Of a DNA stretch of 64,000 bases, positions 37,247 through 49,226 are shown piece after piece. A program made the position numbers and the translations under genes. The notes below the pieces were generated by a model. The model was not told the origin of the DNA. It ran no database searches and worked only from the letters and a program-made list of their open reading frames with translations. The DNA is taken from contig NC_086373.1 in the NCBI RefSeq assembly GCF_036588685.1, positions 88,164,001-88,228,000 of the forward strand, written 5' to 3'. Each line of letters opens with the position of its first letter. Positions within the stretch are counted from its first letter, which is position 1. This DNA is from Mytilus trossulus (taxonomy: Eukaryota).

Positions 37247-38245
37247 TTATCTTTGAGTTGGTCCGTATGATTCATGAACATTCTCTTTCGGAAGTTTAAT
37301 ATTGTTTTTGATCATGTTGACAGACGGTAGATTCACGAAATCTAACATACTTGTTTCCTTCAAAATATCTGATTTCTTTTTAACTGGTTGAAATACCTTT
37401 GCCATCGGATCTAAAATTGCTGTTTCGATAGCTGGCTGTACTGTACTTTGCAAAGGTTTTGATTTCAATTCAACATTTTCAAGTTTTACTTTTGGAGTTT
37501 CAACATGGTCAATTTCACCCTTTTCAAACTTGTCGTATATCTTAGCTTTTGCATCAGCTACAGCTATTTCAGTTTGCATTTGAAGTTCATCTTCATCTAA
37601 CTGTAATGCCGTTTTTGCCATTTCAAGTTCTCGCTTACGTTTCATTGCTTGTCTTGAAGCCTCAAGCTCAATCCTCTTTTCTTCAACTTCTAGTCGTTTT
37701 GAAGATACTGACGAGCTGTCCGCGCTTCTAACTGACCTCCCATGAACACTTGCCTGCACTTTTACTGGGTTAGCATTGAGATATTCTTGTATCTTGAATT
37801 GACTGTTCATTAGAAAAGTATCTCTTATAGTATGAATTTTCATATAATCTTCCTGCTCAAGGGCATTAAGTTTATCAAAATGAATTCTATGTTGGATATA
37901 AAATTGTTCATATTCCTGCATCCAATTATCATAGCGCAATCTTATTGTCTCGAATGTTTCGTTATCAGAAATTAGTCTTATTATTTTTTCACTTAATCTT
38001 TTTAATCCATCATAGGATTTGGTTATTTGTTCTTCACTAAATTCTTTACCTTTATCGGTATACTTTCTTGGCCTAGCTCCGCCTGTCGCCTCTGAGGTCT
38101 TCTGTGCTTCCTGTTCATCCGTTTTATTTGTTTCAAAGTTCTTATCCATATTTGATTCTGTTTGTACAAAATCTGTGTCCACACTTTTCAAAATTATATT
38201 TTGATCTATTTTGCTGACAACCTTATCTGTGTCCTCACTTTTCAA
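37247..38245 (-). CDS. N-terminal Gag portion of the BEL/Pao element (coiled-coil rich), out of frame with the main ORF
   Basis: 332-codon ORF directly inside the 5' LTR, with a Ser-rich then E/K/R-rich coiled-coil segment typical of Pao gag N-termini. The annotated start is TTG, so the true start is uncertain. Confidence 0.8.
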   Translation of the reverse strand: MKSEDTDKVVSKIDQNIILKSVDTDFVQTESNMDKNFETNKTDEQEAQKTSEATGGARPRKYTDKGKEFSEEQITKSYDGLKRLSEKIIRLISDNETFETIRLRYDNWMQEYEQFYIQHRIHFDKLNALEQEDYMKIHTIRDTFLMNSQFKIQEYLNANPVKVQASVHGRSVRSADSSSVSSKRLEVEEKRIELEASRQAMKRKRELEMAKTALQLDEDELQMQTEIAVADAKAKIYDKFEKGEIDHVETPKVKLENVELKSKPLQSTVQPAIETAILDPMAKVFQPVKKKSDILKETSMLDFVNLPSVNMIKNNIKLPKENVHESYGPTQR

Positions 38246-38310
38246 ATTCTATTAATAGACTGGGTTCTTCCTTCTGTGACGTGCTCATATTCGTCAAATA
38301 AGTCAATGAA

Positions 38311-38903
38311 TATTTCCCACTAATATCAGTCGTAAATGAATATAACACAATTCACACCTCAAGTTTATTCCAAAATATTCCAAGTTACAGTGAAGTGACT
38401 GGATCCAAAGTATAAACAGTAAGATGAGATTGACTACAAAGAAAATGCAATCATCATAAGATTTTGTACCAAAAACAATGTTCAAAACATTCACAAAAAT
38501 ATAAACATAGGTGTGAAAATATAGTAAACAGTCATTGTAACATCTAGGATTTACACAAGCAATGAATAAAGTTCGTATTTTCGAAAATAAACAATTATCA
38601 GATTGGCGATATTTATCATTGTCTCAAGTTCACATCAACGGCATTGAAATAGCTAAATTTACTTTCATATTATCACAAAATGCATAGAATAAATGTAAAA
38701 ATCAACATACCTTATTTGTTGACTCTGATATTTCTATATAATTCAAAATTAAAGGGTTCAAAATTGTCGTGACACGTTTCTCAATTTTCAGGGAAAAATA
38801 TGATGGGGAAAGTAACCAATGTACCTAGATTAGTTTCATCAAAAATCAATAAATTTGCAAAACGAAATTTGTTACAATTCAAAACAAGAAATTGGCCTTT
38901 ACA
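38311..38903 (-). repeat. 5' LTR of the BEL/Pao element
   Basis: Direct repeat of 31539-32131. Confidence 0.95.
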
Positions 38904-38984
38904 GTTACAAAACTTATGAAATAAACACAACTAGTTACAAAATTAATTGTTTTCTGGGTCATTTCATGGGAAATCAATTTGTCC

Positions 38985-39400
38985 AGTGTAAGTACGGTTC
39001 AGAAACATGGAAAACATCTAAAAAATAGAAAGTCGAATCAAAGGATTCGAAGGACGCTATTTGAGACGAATTATTAACATTAGATGGACACAAACAGTGA
39101 ACTATCAGAAGGAACAGGTGTGAAGAATACAGTACACGCGATCATGAGAAGGCCGTGAAAATATATTGGACATATATTGCGTATCGATAACAAACGGCAT
39201 GTGATAAAGGTGCTGGACACCACAAGGGACAAGAAAGTCTGGAAGACCTAAAGGCACATGCAGAAGAGATATAACAGCAGAGATATAAAACAAAAATGGT
39301 TTCACCTGAATTCAGATAGAGAAAATTAGAACCAATTGGTGGTCCCTTGTTGATGCCTTATGTGTTAACGAACATAAAGACGATTAAAGTAAAAAAAAAA
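38985..39400 (+). mobile_element. Degenerate 3' end of a non-LTR retrotransposon (RTE-like LINE)
   Basis: Remnant peptides YGSETWKTSK, LRRIINIRW, GHI, WTPQGTRKSGRPK and WWSLVDALC, followed by a stop and an A-tract. Confidence 0.72.
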
Positions 39401-40326
39401 GCGCTATGTCGCTGTCTAATGAAAAGAGTATGAAAATGTAGGTATTAAAACAGATTCCTCGACGAGGGAATTCATTTTAAAAAAATACATGGTACAATTT
39501 TATAATTCTCTTTGTTTAAAAACATAACACAGAAGTGACTTGTTAAGGGTACGAAAATTTTGATATGCATTTTTTGTACTATGAATAGAGAGTATCATAT
39601 GGCTTTTGCAATATCACAGTATTATTATCTATTTCTAATCACCTATCAGTATCACAAACGGATGAATGAAAAACTATGTGTACTATATGGGACGAATAGA
39701 GTAGTTTAAAACTTTTATCATTTATCTGTGTTATAGATGAGAATTTTGAATATATTGCATAATTTTCAACTCCATTTTACAAGAAAATCAAGGACTGTGT
39801 CTCACTATTTACTTTTTAAATACACTTTCTATAGATGGACAAGTCTTTGATAAGCGAACCGGTTAACCCGCCCAGTCAAGTGTGAGAAATTAAGAAAGAA
39901 TCGTTTACTAATATAGATACCATTATAGATGGCTGATACAGCACTTTTGCCGTTGACCATAATACATATTAAATTTGTCTATATTAATCATTAAGTATAA
40001 AATGAAGATTGTAAGTCGTATTGAACGCTTACAAAGAGACCATAGAATACTTTCCCCATTGATGTATCCAAGAGTGTTGGGTTATTTACAATATCTCAAC
40101 ATTTTCCATATCGATAGTATATTTTGTATAAGTGTTTTGTACGTTAAAATATGTTAATGCTTCAGTGCAAGTTTATCCATCCTTGCTCCCTGTGTTACCC
40201 AATGACGGGCACCAGGTGTGAGTGTAGTCATGGGTCATAACATACACAAATATAAAAAAGATTTTATGTATCGTCAAGGGAGCAAATTGCTGGTGAGAGA
40301 GAACGAAAGTTTTGAATAATTTCAAC

Positions 40327-41791
40327 ATGTCACAGCAACAACAATCAAGTGGAGATGCCTATGGTTTGGATATGGAGAACAGAGATCCTAATGATATAAA
40401 TAATCATATTAAGGTACAGAGTGAGGTCAAACGTATTCGTCTATTCAAATGTTTTCCAATATATTGTATATAAAACTAATTTAAAAAAAAAAATATTTTG
40501 GGCTCATTTTTGGTTTGATTTTAAGCATATTGGTACCAATAGAAGCATAATTGTGACATGTTTATTTGTTTATTTGTTTATAAATTGTTTTGTTATTATA
40601 TTGTTATTATTTTGTTTCATTCATTTTTATTTTTTCACAAGATAAACACAAAATATTATTTTCTGTTCAGAAATTCGCTTTATGTTCAACCAAATTAAAT
40701 TATAAAAAATTATTGTATGTGTTCATATCAAGAGAAAACAAAAACACCTGAGGACAAAACTATTACCAAAGAAACAAACATACTATAGACAATTCTGCGT
40801 CTTGTAAGGCCTTGTTGAACAAAATCCAACCATAAAGCCCTCAAATATTTTTTTTTAAGAAATGTGTTTTTATATTGATTGATAGCAAAAAAAATAAAGG
40901 TGACGAATACTTTTGGCCAGGTACTGTATATTGAAACAAATATTATCATAAATAGTAATTTGAAAAATTTGAAACTACTTTTATAAAAAAAAAATACAAC
41001 AACCGTACCTGTTAAAACGAAAAATATCGAGTATTACCAACCTCGTCATACGTTTAGTATAACTGAACACCATGAATATAAAATATTGTTTTATGAAAAC
41101 TTCTCAAAAAAAAACTTTTTCCAGGAAAAGAAACTGAAAGACAAACAAACATTGACACACTTATAGAAATATTCAGCAATCTGAGTCAAACTTACATTTA
41201 TTACACATATGTAAAAGAAAATATTTTTGTATTTTTGGGGGTTAGATTAATCTGTTGCCAGTAACGAATGAAACGTAATGTATTTGTATGTTTGAGTTTA
41301 GATGTTATCTTTCTGTGGTAAAATCTTTTCTGTTGCGTATGCCACTCGATCAATTTCTAGAAAATAAATAGTATTAGTGATAAAGGGTAACTCAGAGGAT
41401 ATAAAACACACATTAATATAACAGATTTGTTTTCTTCATTATAGCTCTTTCTTTCCAGGTTGCTTTTGAAGACATCCTCGCCGAAGTACAAGGTGCTCAC
41501 GCTATTGATTGTGTATGGAGAAACAGCTACAGATGTTTCGAAGGAGGAAGGAGTTGCTGTTATAAGTTCTTGACAGCCATCTGTGGAATATGTATCGCTT
41601 TATATTGGGGATGTTGTTTTGCCTGTTTGGCTTTCGAGCACATCTGGTGTATCACTCCCAGTTTATCTGCTTTTAGAGTCGAGTGTGGCGCATGGAGAAA
41701 GTATTACAGCATTTGTATGGACTGTTACTATGGTCCGTGTTGTGAGACCATGGGTTTATTCTTCAGTAATATAAAGGTTCAAAACAAATAA
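40327..41791 (+). CDS. Caveolin family protein C (exons 40327-40413, 41459-41791; 139 aa)
   Basis: MSQQQQSSGDAYGLDMENRDPNDINNHIK|VAFEDILAEVQGAHAIDCVW...NIKVQNK*; phase-0 GT-AG intron. Confidence 0.92.
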
Positions 41792-43519
41792 CACGAAAAG
41801 TCAAAACTATGTACGACCAGTTTGTGATATGGATATACCTTGCCAAAAAAACCCGTCCGGTTAAAAAAAATCTGACGATGCTATGTAATCTGATATTATC
41901 TAATTGAATATTTATGTAAATGTAGTTATATTTTAAACAGTTGTCACAACATCAGATAATAAACGAAATAGATTGTAAATTGAAAGCATGGAGCTCCTGT
42001 TTTTACACACAATTTATCACCCATAAGTCACACTTATTGCGTAATTTAAGGATTGAAAAGTTGAATTAAACCATCTCGATAATCTCAATGTGAATGACAT
42101 ATGGTCCTAGCGTGGTCTTTTAAACTCGACCCTATCCGGACTAAAAAAAAATTACATAAGACTTCTGTTCTTCATTGGATTTCATCCAAATGTTGTGTAT
42201 ACGAGAAAACAAACCATGAAATGAAATAATCAAGAGAAACATTGAAAATATGCAACTTACTTAGCTGATATATTTGAAACGTTTTATATATTTTTTTGCG
42301 AAAGCTAGTCGGATTTTTTTTTTCTAAATTCAAATTGGGATTAAAAACAATGAACATTTAAACATTTTGTTAAGAATCAACTCACACCCGACAAATTATT
42401 ATAGAATATTAACGAGAATGTGACCAATGAGTTTATATTTTTCTGCTTTGAGTGCAAACTGTACTAGTGCAGTATTATAGGTTAGTATTTGTAAGAGGAG
42501 ACGATATAATAGGCAGGGGTCTAGGAACGCATACGTACCCATACGATGGGCAATATTTCTTGCTACTAGTATATCCTGAAATATTTTGACTTTGTTTCAG
42601 AAAAAAACCCGTTTCGAACTTAAGATTCAAATGTACACTACATTACTGAATTAATCATCATTATGATCTGTCAGAGATCAGTGCAACTTGTTTGTCACTA
42701 GAATAAATTTAACGCTTTTGAACTTCTACATATTTAGCTAGTCAGTATTGTCTGTCCATATGCCATGCCACACAATCTACTTTCAGTTATTGTTGACCTT
42801 TTCCAAGTTTTGAGTCGCTGTAGTGCAGAAAGTGCTAACTACTACAACAATGAAATCAGAAGCAATATCACTTATCTTATAATTGGGTAGAACTGCATAT
42901 TTCATTCGCCTGACCTAAGGTACATTTTGATATCATATCTTTAGATATTCAAATTGTTCAACAGCAATGCCATAGCATGTGTATTACAAGGGTTCATAAG
43001 ATTTTTTCTTTAAAATAAATGCTGAGTTTATACTTGGCTGAAAATGTACAGTGGGAAAACTGCTGACAGAATATTATCTCTAATCCAAATCGAGTTTATA
43101 GTTTTTTTGCACTTTCTCCTCTGGGCCCGGTGCAATTAATTCAATCAGCAATTCTTGAACTTTTTACCTTTATAAATACTATTACCATACAAAGATTGAT
43201 GGTAAATTCAACTCGTAAGTGCATTCCACATGGTTACACTAATTGTCCTGTTGATCATACTAGTTTTTTAACAATACTATAGGTCTTATTTTAAACATCA
43301 AAGTTAGATGTCCGATTCATATATAAACCATTACATACTTATGTAATTTTAACATATTTGGAATGAAAAGGTTAAACTTGAAATTAGGATTACTAAAGAA
43401 TCAAAACTGCCTGCTTCTTACTATATCTTTTTTCTATAAATTATCATAAATGTACATGACTCAAAATTAAGATCTATAAAAAATCAGTCTTAATAATGAT
43501 TACCTCTACCTTTATTCCA

Positions 43520-44000
43520 ACATGTCTGTTACAGTGTCACATATATATTAACAAAGTCATAGAACTCACATACCAACCGCACTATCACAGACATGTTTAT
43601 TCTGCCATATAACGCACACACCCAAAACAATGTCACAGATATGTTTACTTTCTCATACACTCTTAATATTCGTTACAAGGTCTCGGGCATGTTTACTCTG
43701 TAACAGACCTCACTTGACCATTTTAATGTTTACTGCGTCATAGAACCCTGACACCTATCACAATGATACAGATGTGTTTACTCTATCATAGAATCCACAT
43801 ACCCATCACAATGACACAGATGTATTTACTCTGCCATAACCTCCACGTATTCCTTACAATGTCTCAGACATGTTTATTCTGTCATAAACCCTACCCTACA
43901 TGACCATCATAATGCCACATACATGTTCACTATGTCATGGACTATTTAAAACCTTTACAAGGTCTCTGAAATATTTACTCTGCCATACATCCTTTAATTC
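43520..44000. repeat. Degenerate minisatellite (about 44-bp unit, cacagacatgtttactctgccata core)
   Basis: About ten diverged recurrences of atgtttactct/atgtttattct. Confidence 0.65.
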
Positions 44001-44139
44001 TATTATCGTCTGTATGACATCTTTATTAGATTGTCGTATTGTGGGCAGTGACACGTTCGAAGAGGTATAGACTTGGGTCAGCACGAGAGGTGGTGTAAAT
44101 GCATGGCAGAAGACAAAAACAATCAAAAACAAGGAGTAA

Positions 44140-45300
44140 ACAAAGACTAAAAAACCCAAAGGAACTTTACATCAACAGTTATAAATAATAAATAAGAAAC
44201 TCCACTAAAAAACCGGGAGTGAAATCAGCTGCTCCGGAGGGGTAAGCACTATCTGCATCTTATACGGCACCCGTCGTGTTATTTCTTTGCACAGTTCGGT
44301 AATGATGGAAGGTTATTACGACTGAGGAAGAATATCAGATATGATTTCTGACACACTTTTGTCATAATTGCCAATCAGCTCATGATGGCGACCGTATAAT
44401 TTCTTGAGTGATGACATTAACCTGATTGATTAATTGGTCTGTCTTAGCAATTTTAGAGAAAGCAGTATTCCTTGTTCAACAAAATCAACGTTCTTTGAGC
44501 TAGCTCTTGAGTAACGTATCAAATGAGACACATATACTCCCTATGCTGGTGCAGCTGGGATGTTGCTACACAGAAATTTAAAGTTGACTACAGGAAAATT
44601 AAAATCATCGCGTTTTTCATAAATTTTGGTATTCAACCTACCATCAGTAGTCATTTTGAGAAAAAGGTCTAAATATGAAGCAGATTTATCTGTGTCGGTA
44701 GTATCTTTAATTTCACGTTCACTTGGATATATTAATTGTAAGCGATCACTGAATCTATCATTATTAAGAGACAGTACATCATCAATATACCGAAAGGTGT
44801 AATTAAAAGACTGGGCTAATTTCTTTTCTCCTTTCTGTACACGCCCTAGGACTCTGTATGGTTTTTTACAAAGTAAGCTGACGAGTTCTTTAAGTTGAGC
44901 TTTAAGTTTAGTATGTGAAAAAGTGGTATAAAGAGTTGAAAAATCAAAGGTTTTAATGATTAAGATTCTTTTGAATTTTTCAGTATCCACATCTGATTAG
45001 CACCACTTCTTGAATACGCCGTTTCGGGATTATTTCTGAAGTCCTCCGTTGACTGCAGTGGGTATGGCAGTTAGAAGTTTAGAAAGAGGTTTATTGGAAA
45101 ACTTGGAAAAGAACCTGCAATATACCTTTCCTTGTAAGGATTCTTGTGAAGCTCAGGAATCCAATATAAGGATGGAAATTCCTGGTCTTCATCCTTTGGA
45201 TTAACACCAAAGTAGATTAGAACCGATTTTATTTTGCTTCTCCTGCTTCGTAAGCGTACTTAGTGTATATGTAGGATTTCCAAGTGTGTTACTTATCCCG
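44140..45300 (-). mobile_element. Penelope-like retroelement fragment (RT and thumb plus 3' tail), internally deleted
   Basis: ORF 44541-44990: TFDFSTLYT, FRYIDDVLSLNN, SASYLDL, YEKRDDFNF, SNIPAAPA. An LYWIPELHKNPYK remnant lies upstream. Confidence 0.88.
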
Positions 45301-45761
45301 AGTTCCGTAAATGTTTTACCTTCCGTCGACCTATTTTGGCTATTCCTTTGCAATTCTGACTTTTCATCGCCGAGTATATACTCGTACTGGACTTACGACA
45401 ATGGTAGTTTTCCTCATGTCGGGTTAAAAAAATAAAATAAAGAGACATTCTTAAACTTTTGATGTTAATACTGTCCATTCTAGGTCATGAAGTAAGAAAA
45501 AAAATCAAATATAAATCACTTTCAAAAGTTGTACACAAGAACTTCGGTTGTAAAGTAATTTACGATTTAGAATCTATTAATATAATTATCTTAAACGAAC
45601 ATGAAAGAAAACATTATTAACAATGCAATATGTATTGGTGTTGTGTTTGTCACATTTTATGGTTCTGTCAACACCAAAAATTTGCAGAACTGCCAGTTTG
45701 TAAGCTTTAATTTATAATTTGACTTTTAAAGTTCTATACATCTTAGCAACAAAAGGCTTGA

Positions 45762-46136
45762 AATAGTTATCAAAGGTACCAGGATTATAATTTAGTACGC
45801 CAGACGCGCGTTTCGTCTACATAAGACTCATCAGTGACGCTCATATCAAAATATTTATAAAGCCAAACAAGTACAAAGTTGAAGAGCATTGAGGATCCAA
45901 AATTCCAAAAAGTTGTGCCAAATACGGCTAAGGTAATCTATGCCTGGAATAAGAAAATCCTTAGTTTTTCAAAAATTTCAAAGTTTTGTAAACAGGAAAT
46001 TTATAAAAATGACCACATTATTGATATTCATGTCAACACCGAAGTGTTGACTACTGGGCTGGTGGAAACGTCCACCAGCAGTGGCATCGACCCAGTGGTG
46101 TAAATAGTTATCAAAGGTACCAGGATTATAATTTAG
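45762..46136 (-). mobile_element. Non-LTR retrozyme-like unit (341 nt plus the start of the next unit)
   Basis: Terminal direct repeat aatagttatcaaaggtaccaggattataatttag at 45762 and 46103; contains an intact hammerhead. Confidence 0.82.
45797..45840 (-). ncRNA. Minimal type I hammerhead ribozyme
   Basis: Minus strand reads GCGUCA CUGAUGA GUCU-UAUGU-AGAC GAAA CGCGCG UC UGGCGU: stem I GCGUCA/UGGCGU, full catalytic core, stem II, palindromic stem III ACGCGCGU, GUC cleavage triplet. Confidence 0.85.
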
Positions 46137-46476
46137 AAACCTGGAATACCTCCTTCTAAGAAAATAAGAAGTCTGAACAAATATCTGTTCGGAGTTTGAA
46201 TAAGGAAAAGGAGAGGTCTTCATAGGACAAAAAAAATGGAACTAGATCTTATCAACAGAGACCCGAATGAGCACAATGGTTATATAAAGGTTTGGCACAT
46301 TCTTGTTGTAAAAGTATTGCATAACCGATCCAGATGAAAAATAAGAAAATATCTAACATTGCACACGCTGAACTCTACAAAGCTTTTGAATTTGAAATGA
46401 CTTTCATCAGATATTTTGTTTTTTGTCCATGGATTTATGAGTTTTGAACAGCGGTATACTACTGTTGCCTTTATTT

Positions 46477-48400
46477 ATATACGTTATTACGTACAAAGTA
46501 AGGGGATCTGAGATAACTTTCATCAGATATATACGTTATTACGTACAAAGTAAGGGGATCTGAGATAACTTTCATCAGATATATACGTTGTTACGTACAA
46601 AGTAAGGGGATCTGAGATAACTTTCATCAGATATATACGTTATTACGTACAAAGTAAGGGGATCTGAGATAACTTTCATCAGATATATACGTTATTACGT
46701 ACAAAGTTAGGGGATCTGAGATAACTTTCATCAGATATATACGTTATTACGTACAAAGTTAGGGGATCTGAGATAACTTTCATCAGATATATACGTTATT
46801 ACGTACAAAGTAAGGGGATCTGAGATAACTTTCATCAGATATATACGTTATTACGTACAAAGTAAGGGGATCTGAGATAACTTTCATCAGGTATATACGT
46901 TGTTACGTACAAAGTTAGGGGATCTGAGATAACTTTCATCAGATATATACGTTGTTACGTACAAAGTAAGGGGATCTGAGATAACTTTCATCAGATATAT
47001 ACGTTATTACGTACAAAGTAAGGGGATCTGAGATAACTTTCATCAGATATATACGTTATTACGTACAAAGTTAGGGGATCTGAGATAACTTTCATCAGAT
47101 ATATACGTTATTACGTACAAAGTAAGGGGATCTGAGATAACTTTCATCAGATATATACGTTGTTACGTACAAAGTTAGGGGATCTGAGATAACTTTCATC
47201 AGGTATATACGTTGTTACGTACAAAGTAAGGGGATCTGAGATAACTTTCATCAGGTATATACGTTGTTACGTACAAAGTTAGGGGATCTGAGATAACTTT
47301 CATCAGGTATATACGTTGTTACGTACAAAGTTAGGGGATCTGAGATAACTTTCATCAGGTATATACGTTATTACGTACAAAGTTAGGGGATCTGAGATAA
47401 CTTTCATCAGATATATACGTTATTACGTACAAAGTAAGGGGATCTGAGATAACTTTCATCAGATATATACGTTATTACGTACAAAGTTAGGGGATCTGAG
47501 ATAACTTTCATCAGATATATACGTTATTACGTACAAAGTAAGGGGATCTGAGATAACTTTCATCAGATATATACGTTATTACGTACAAAGTTAGGGGATC
47601 TGAGATAACTTTCATCAGGTATATACGTTGTTACGTACAAAGTAAGGGGATCTGAGATAACTTTCATCAGATATATACGTTGTTACGTACAAAGTTAGGG
47701 GATCTGAGGTAACTTTCATCAGATATATACGTTGTTACGTACAAAGTTAGGGGATCTGAGATAACTTTCATCAGATATATACGTTGTTACGTACAAAGTT
47801 AGGGGATCTGAGATAACTTTCATCAGATATATACGTTGTTACGTACAAAGTAAGGGGATCTGAGATAACTTTCATCAGATATATACGTTGTTACGTACAA
47901 AGTAAGGGGATCTGAGATAACTTTCATCAGGTATATACGTTGTTACGTACAAAGTTAGGGGATCTGAGATAACTTTCATCAGATATATACGTTATTACGT
48001 ACAAAGTAAGGGGATCTGAGATAACTTTCATCAGGTATATACGTTGTTACGTACAAAGTAAGGGGATCTGAGATAACTTTCATCAGATATATACGTTGTT
48101 ACGTACAAAGTAAGGGGATCTGAGATAACTTTCATCAGATATATACGTTATTACGTACAAAGTAAGGGGATCTGAGGTAACTTTCATCAGATATATACGT
48201 TATTACGTACAAAGTTAGGGGATCTGAGATAACTTTCATCAGGTATATACGTTGTTACGTACAAAGTAAGGGGATCTGAGATAACTTTCATCAGATATAT
48301 ACGTTGTTACGTACAAAGTAAGGGGATCTGAGATAACTTTCATCAGATATATACGTTATTACGTACAAAGTTAGGGGATCTGAGATAACTTTCATCAGGT
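46477..48400. repeat. Satellite array, 52-bp unit, about 37 copies
   Basis: Unit gatatatacgttattacgtacaaagtaaggggatctgagataactttcatca with three main biallelic positions; no unique spacers. Confidence 0.97.
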
Positions 48401-49226
48401 ACACTGATACGTACAAAATTTACGAATCTCGGGTACTTTTCATCAAGTATCCTGATACGTGCAAAGTTTAACATGCGTCTTATAAAAGGTGACAGAATCA
48501 CAGGCACTTGTCTCAGAATTTCCCCCCCCCCCATATACCTTAATATAACATTATTATGGGTATTTTTGACACAAGTGCCTGTGGCCAGAAAATATTTGCA
48601 ATGGCAAACTATCTCATGCAAATATTTGTTACATTATAACATCATGGTACCATTGTGAAATATAAAATAATGGAGTTTAAGATAACAGCAGTAATTTCAA
48701 CAATGTCCCGTGGGGTTTTGAAGTGGGTGTGTTTATATGTACTGATGAACGAATACGCAGTTCGATTTTATACATTTACGTCGGACGTTCGATTGGTTTA
48801 TTATAACATGGATTCATATGCATCTCGTTTTATTTGTTGACGAAAGACAAATTCTTAGAAACTCAAAGGAGTACTTTGCTTCATGATGAAATGTTAACTA
48901 TATGCTATTATTATTTCAGGTTGCCTTTGAAGATGAATTGTCTGAACCAGTCAGTGTCTATTCTAATGACTGTGTATGGAATATCAGTTACCGATGTTTC
49001 GAGGCATCAAAAAGTTGTTGCTACAAACTATTGACACTTTTATGCGGCATATGTATCGCATAATGTTGGGGATGACCTATGGCATGTGTTGTATATGAGC
49101 ATATTTGGTGCATCACTACCTTTTTGCGGTACTTTAGAATAGAATGTACAGCTTGGAGGAGATATTACAGCATTATCATGGAGTGTTACTGTGTGCCATG
49201 CTGTGAAACAATGGGATTATGCTTTA

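Larger units (their letters stand above)
31539..38903 (-). mobile_element. Full-length BEL/Pao LTR retrotransposon (7365 bp), 593-bp LTRs, 5-bp TSD GTTAC
   Basis: LTRs 31539-32131 and 38311-38903 are near-identical (one substitution seen, 31864 T vs 38636 C). GTTAC at 31534-31538 and 38904-38908. Internal gag-pol has the order gag-PR-RT-RH-IN. Confidence 0.97.

Noticed and set aside
32326-38204. Plus-strand ORFs antisense to gag-pol
   Set aside because: Shadow ORFs of a long coding region.
31459-38494. Duplicated small ORF MNVLNIVFGTKS... (31459-31722 and 38303-38494)
   Set aside because: Both lie in the LTRs, start at GTG and have no recognisable domain.
46477-48400. Regular array resembling CRISPR
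   Set aside because: Units are contiguous with no unique spacers, there are no cas genes, and the context is a eukaryotic intron; it is a satellite.
46477-48400. Tandem array of active hammerhead ribozymes
   Set aside because: Units have CUGAUGA but lack the GAAA box and a stem III/NUH arrangement.
49073-49075. In-frame TGA at a Cys-equivalent position read as selenocysteine in caveolin D
   Set aside because: An in-frame TAA lies four codons upstream and the 3' end is transposon-disrupted; a simple nonsense mutation is more parsimonious.
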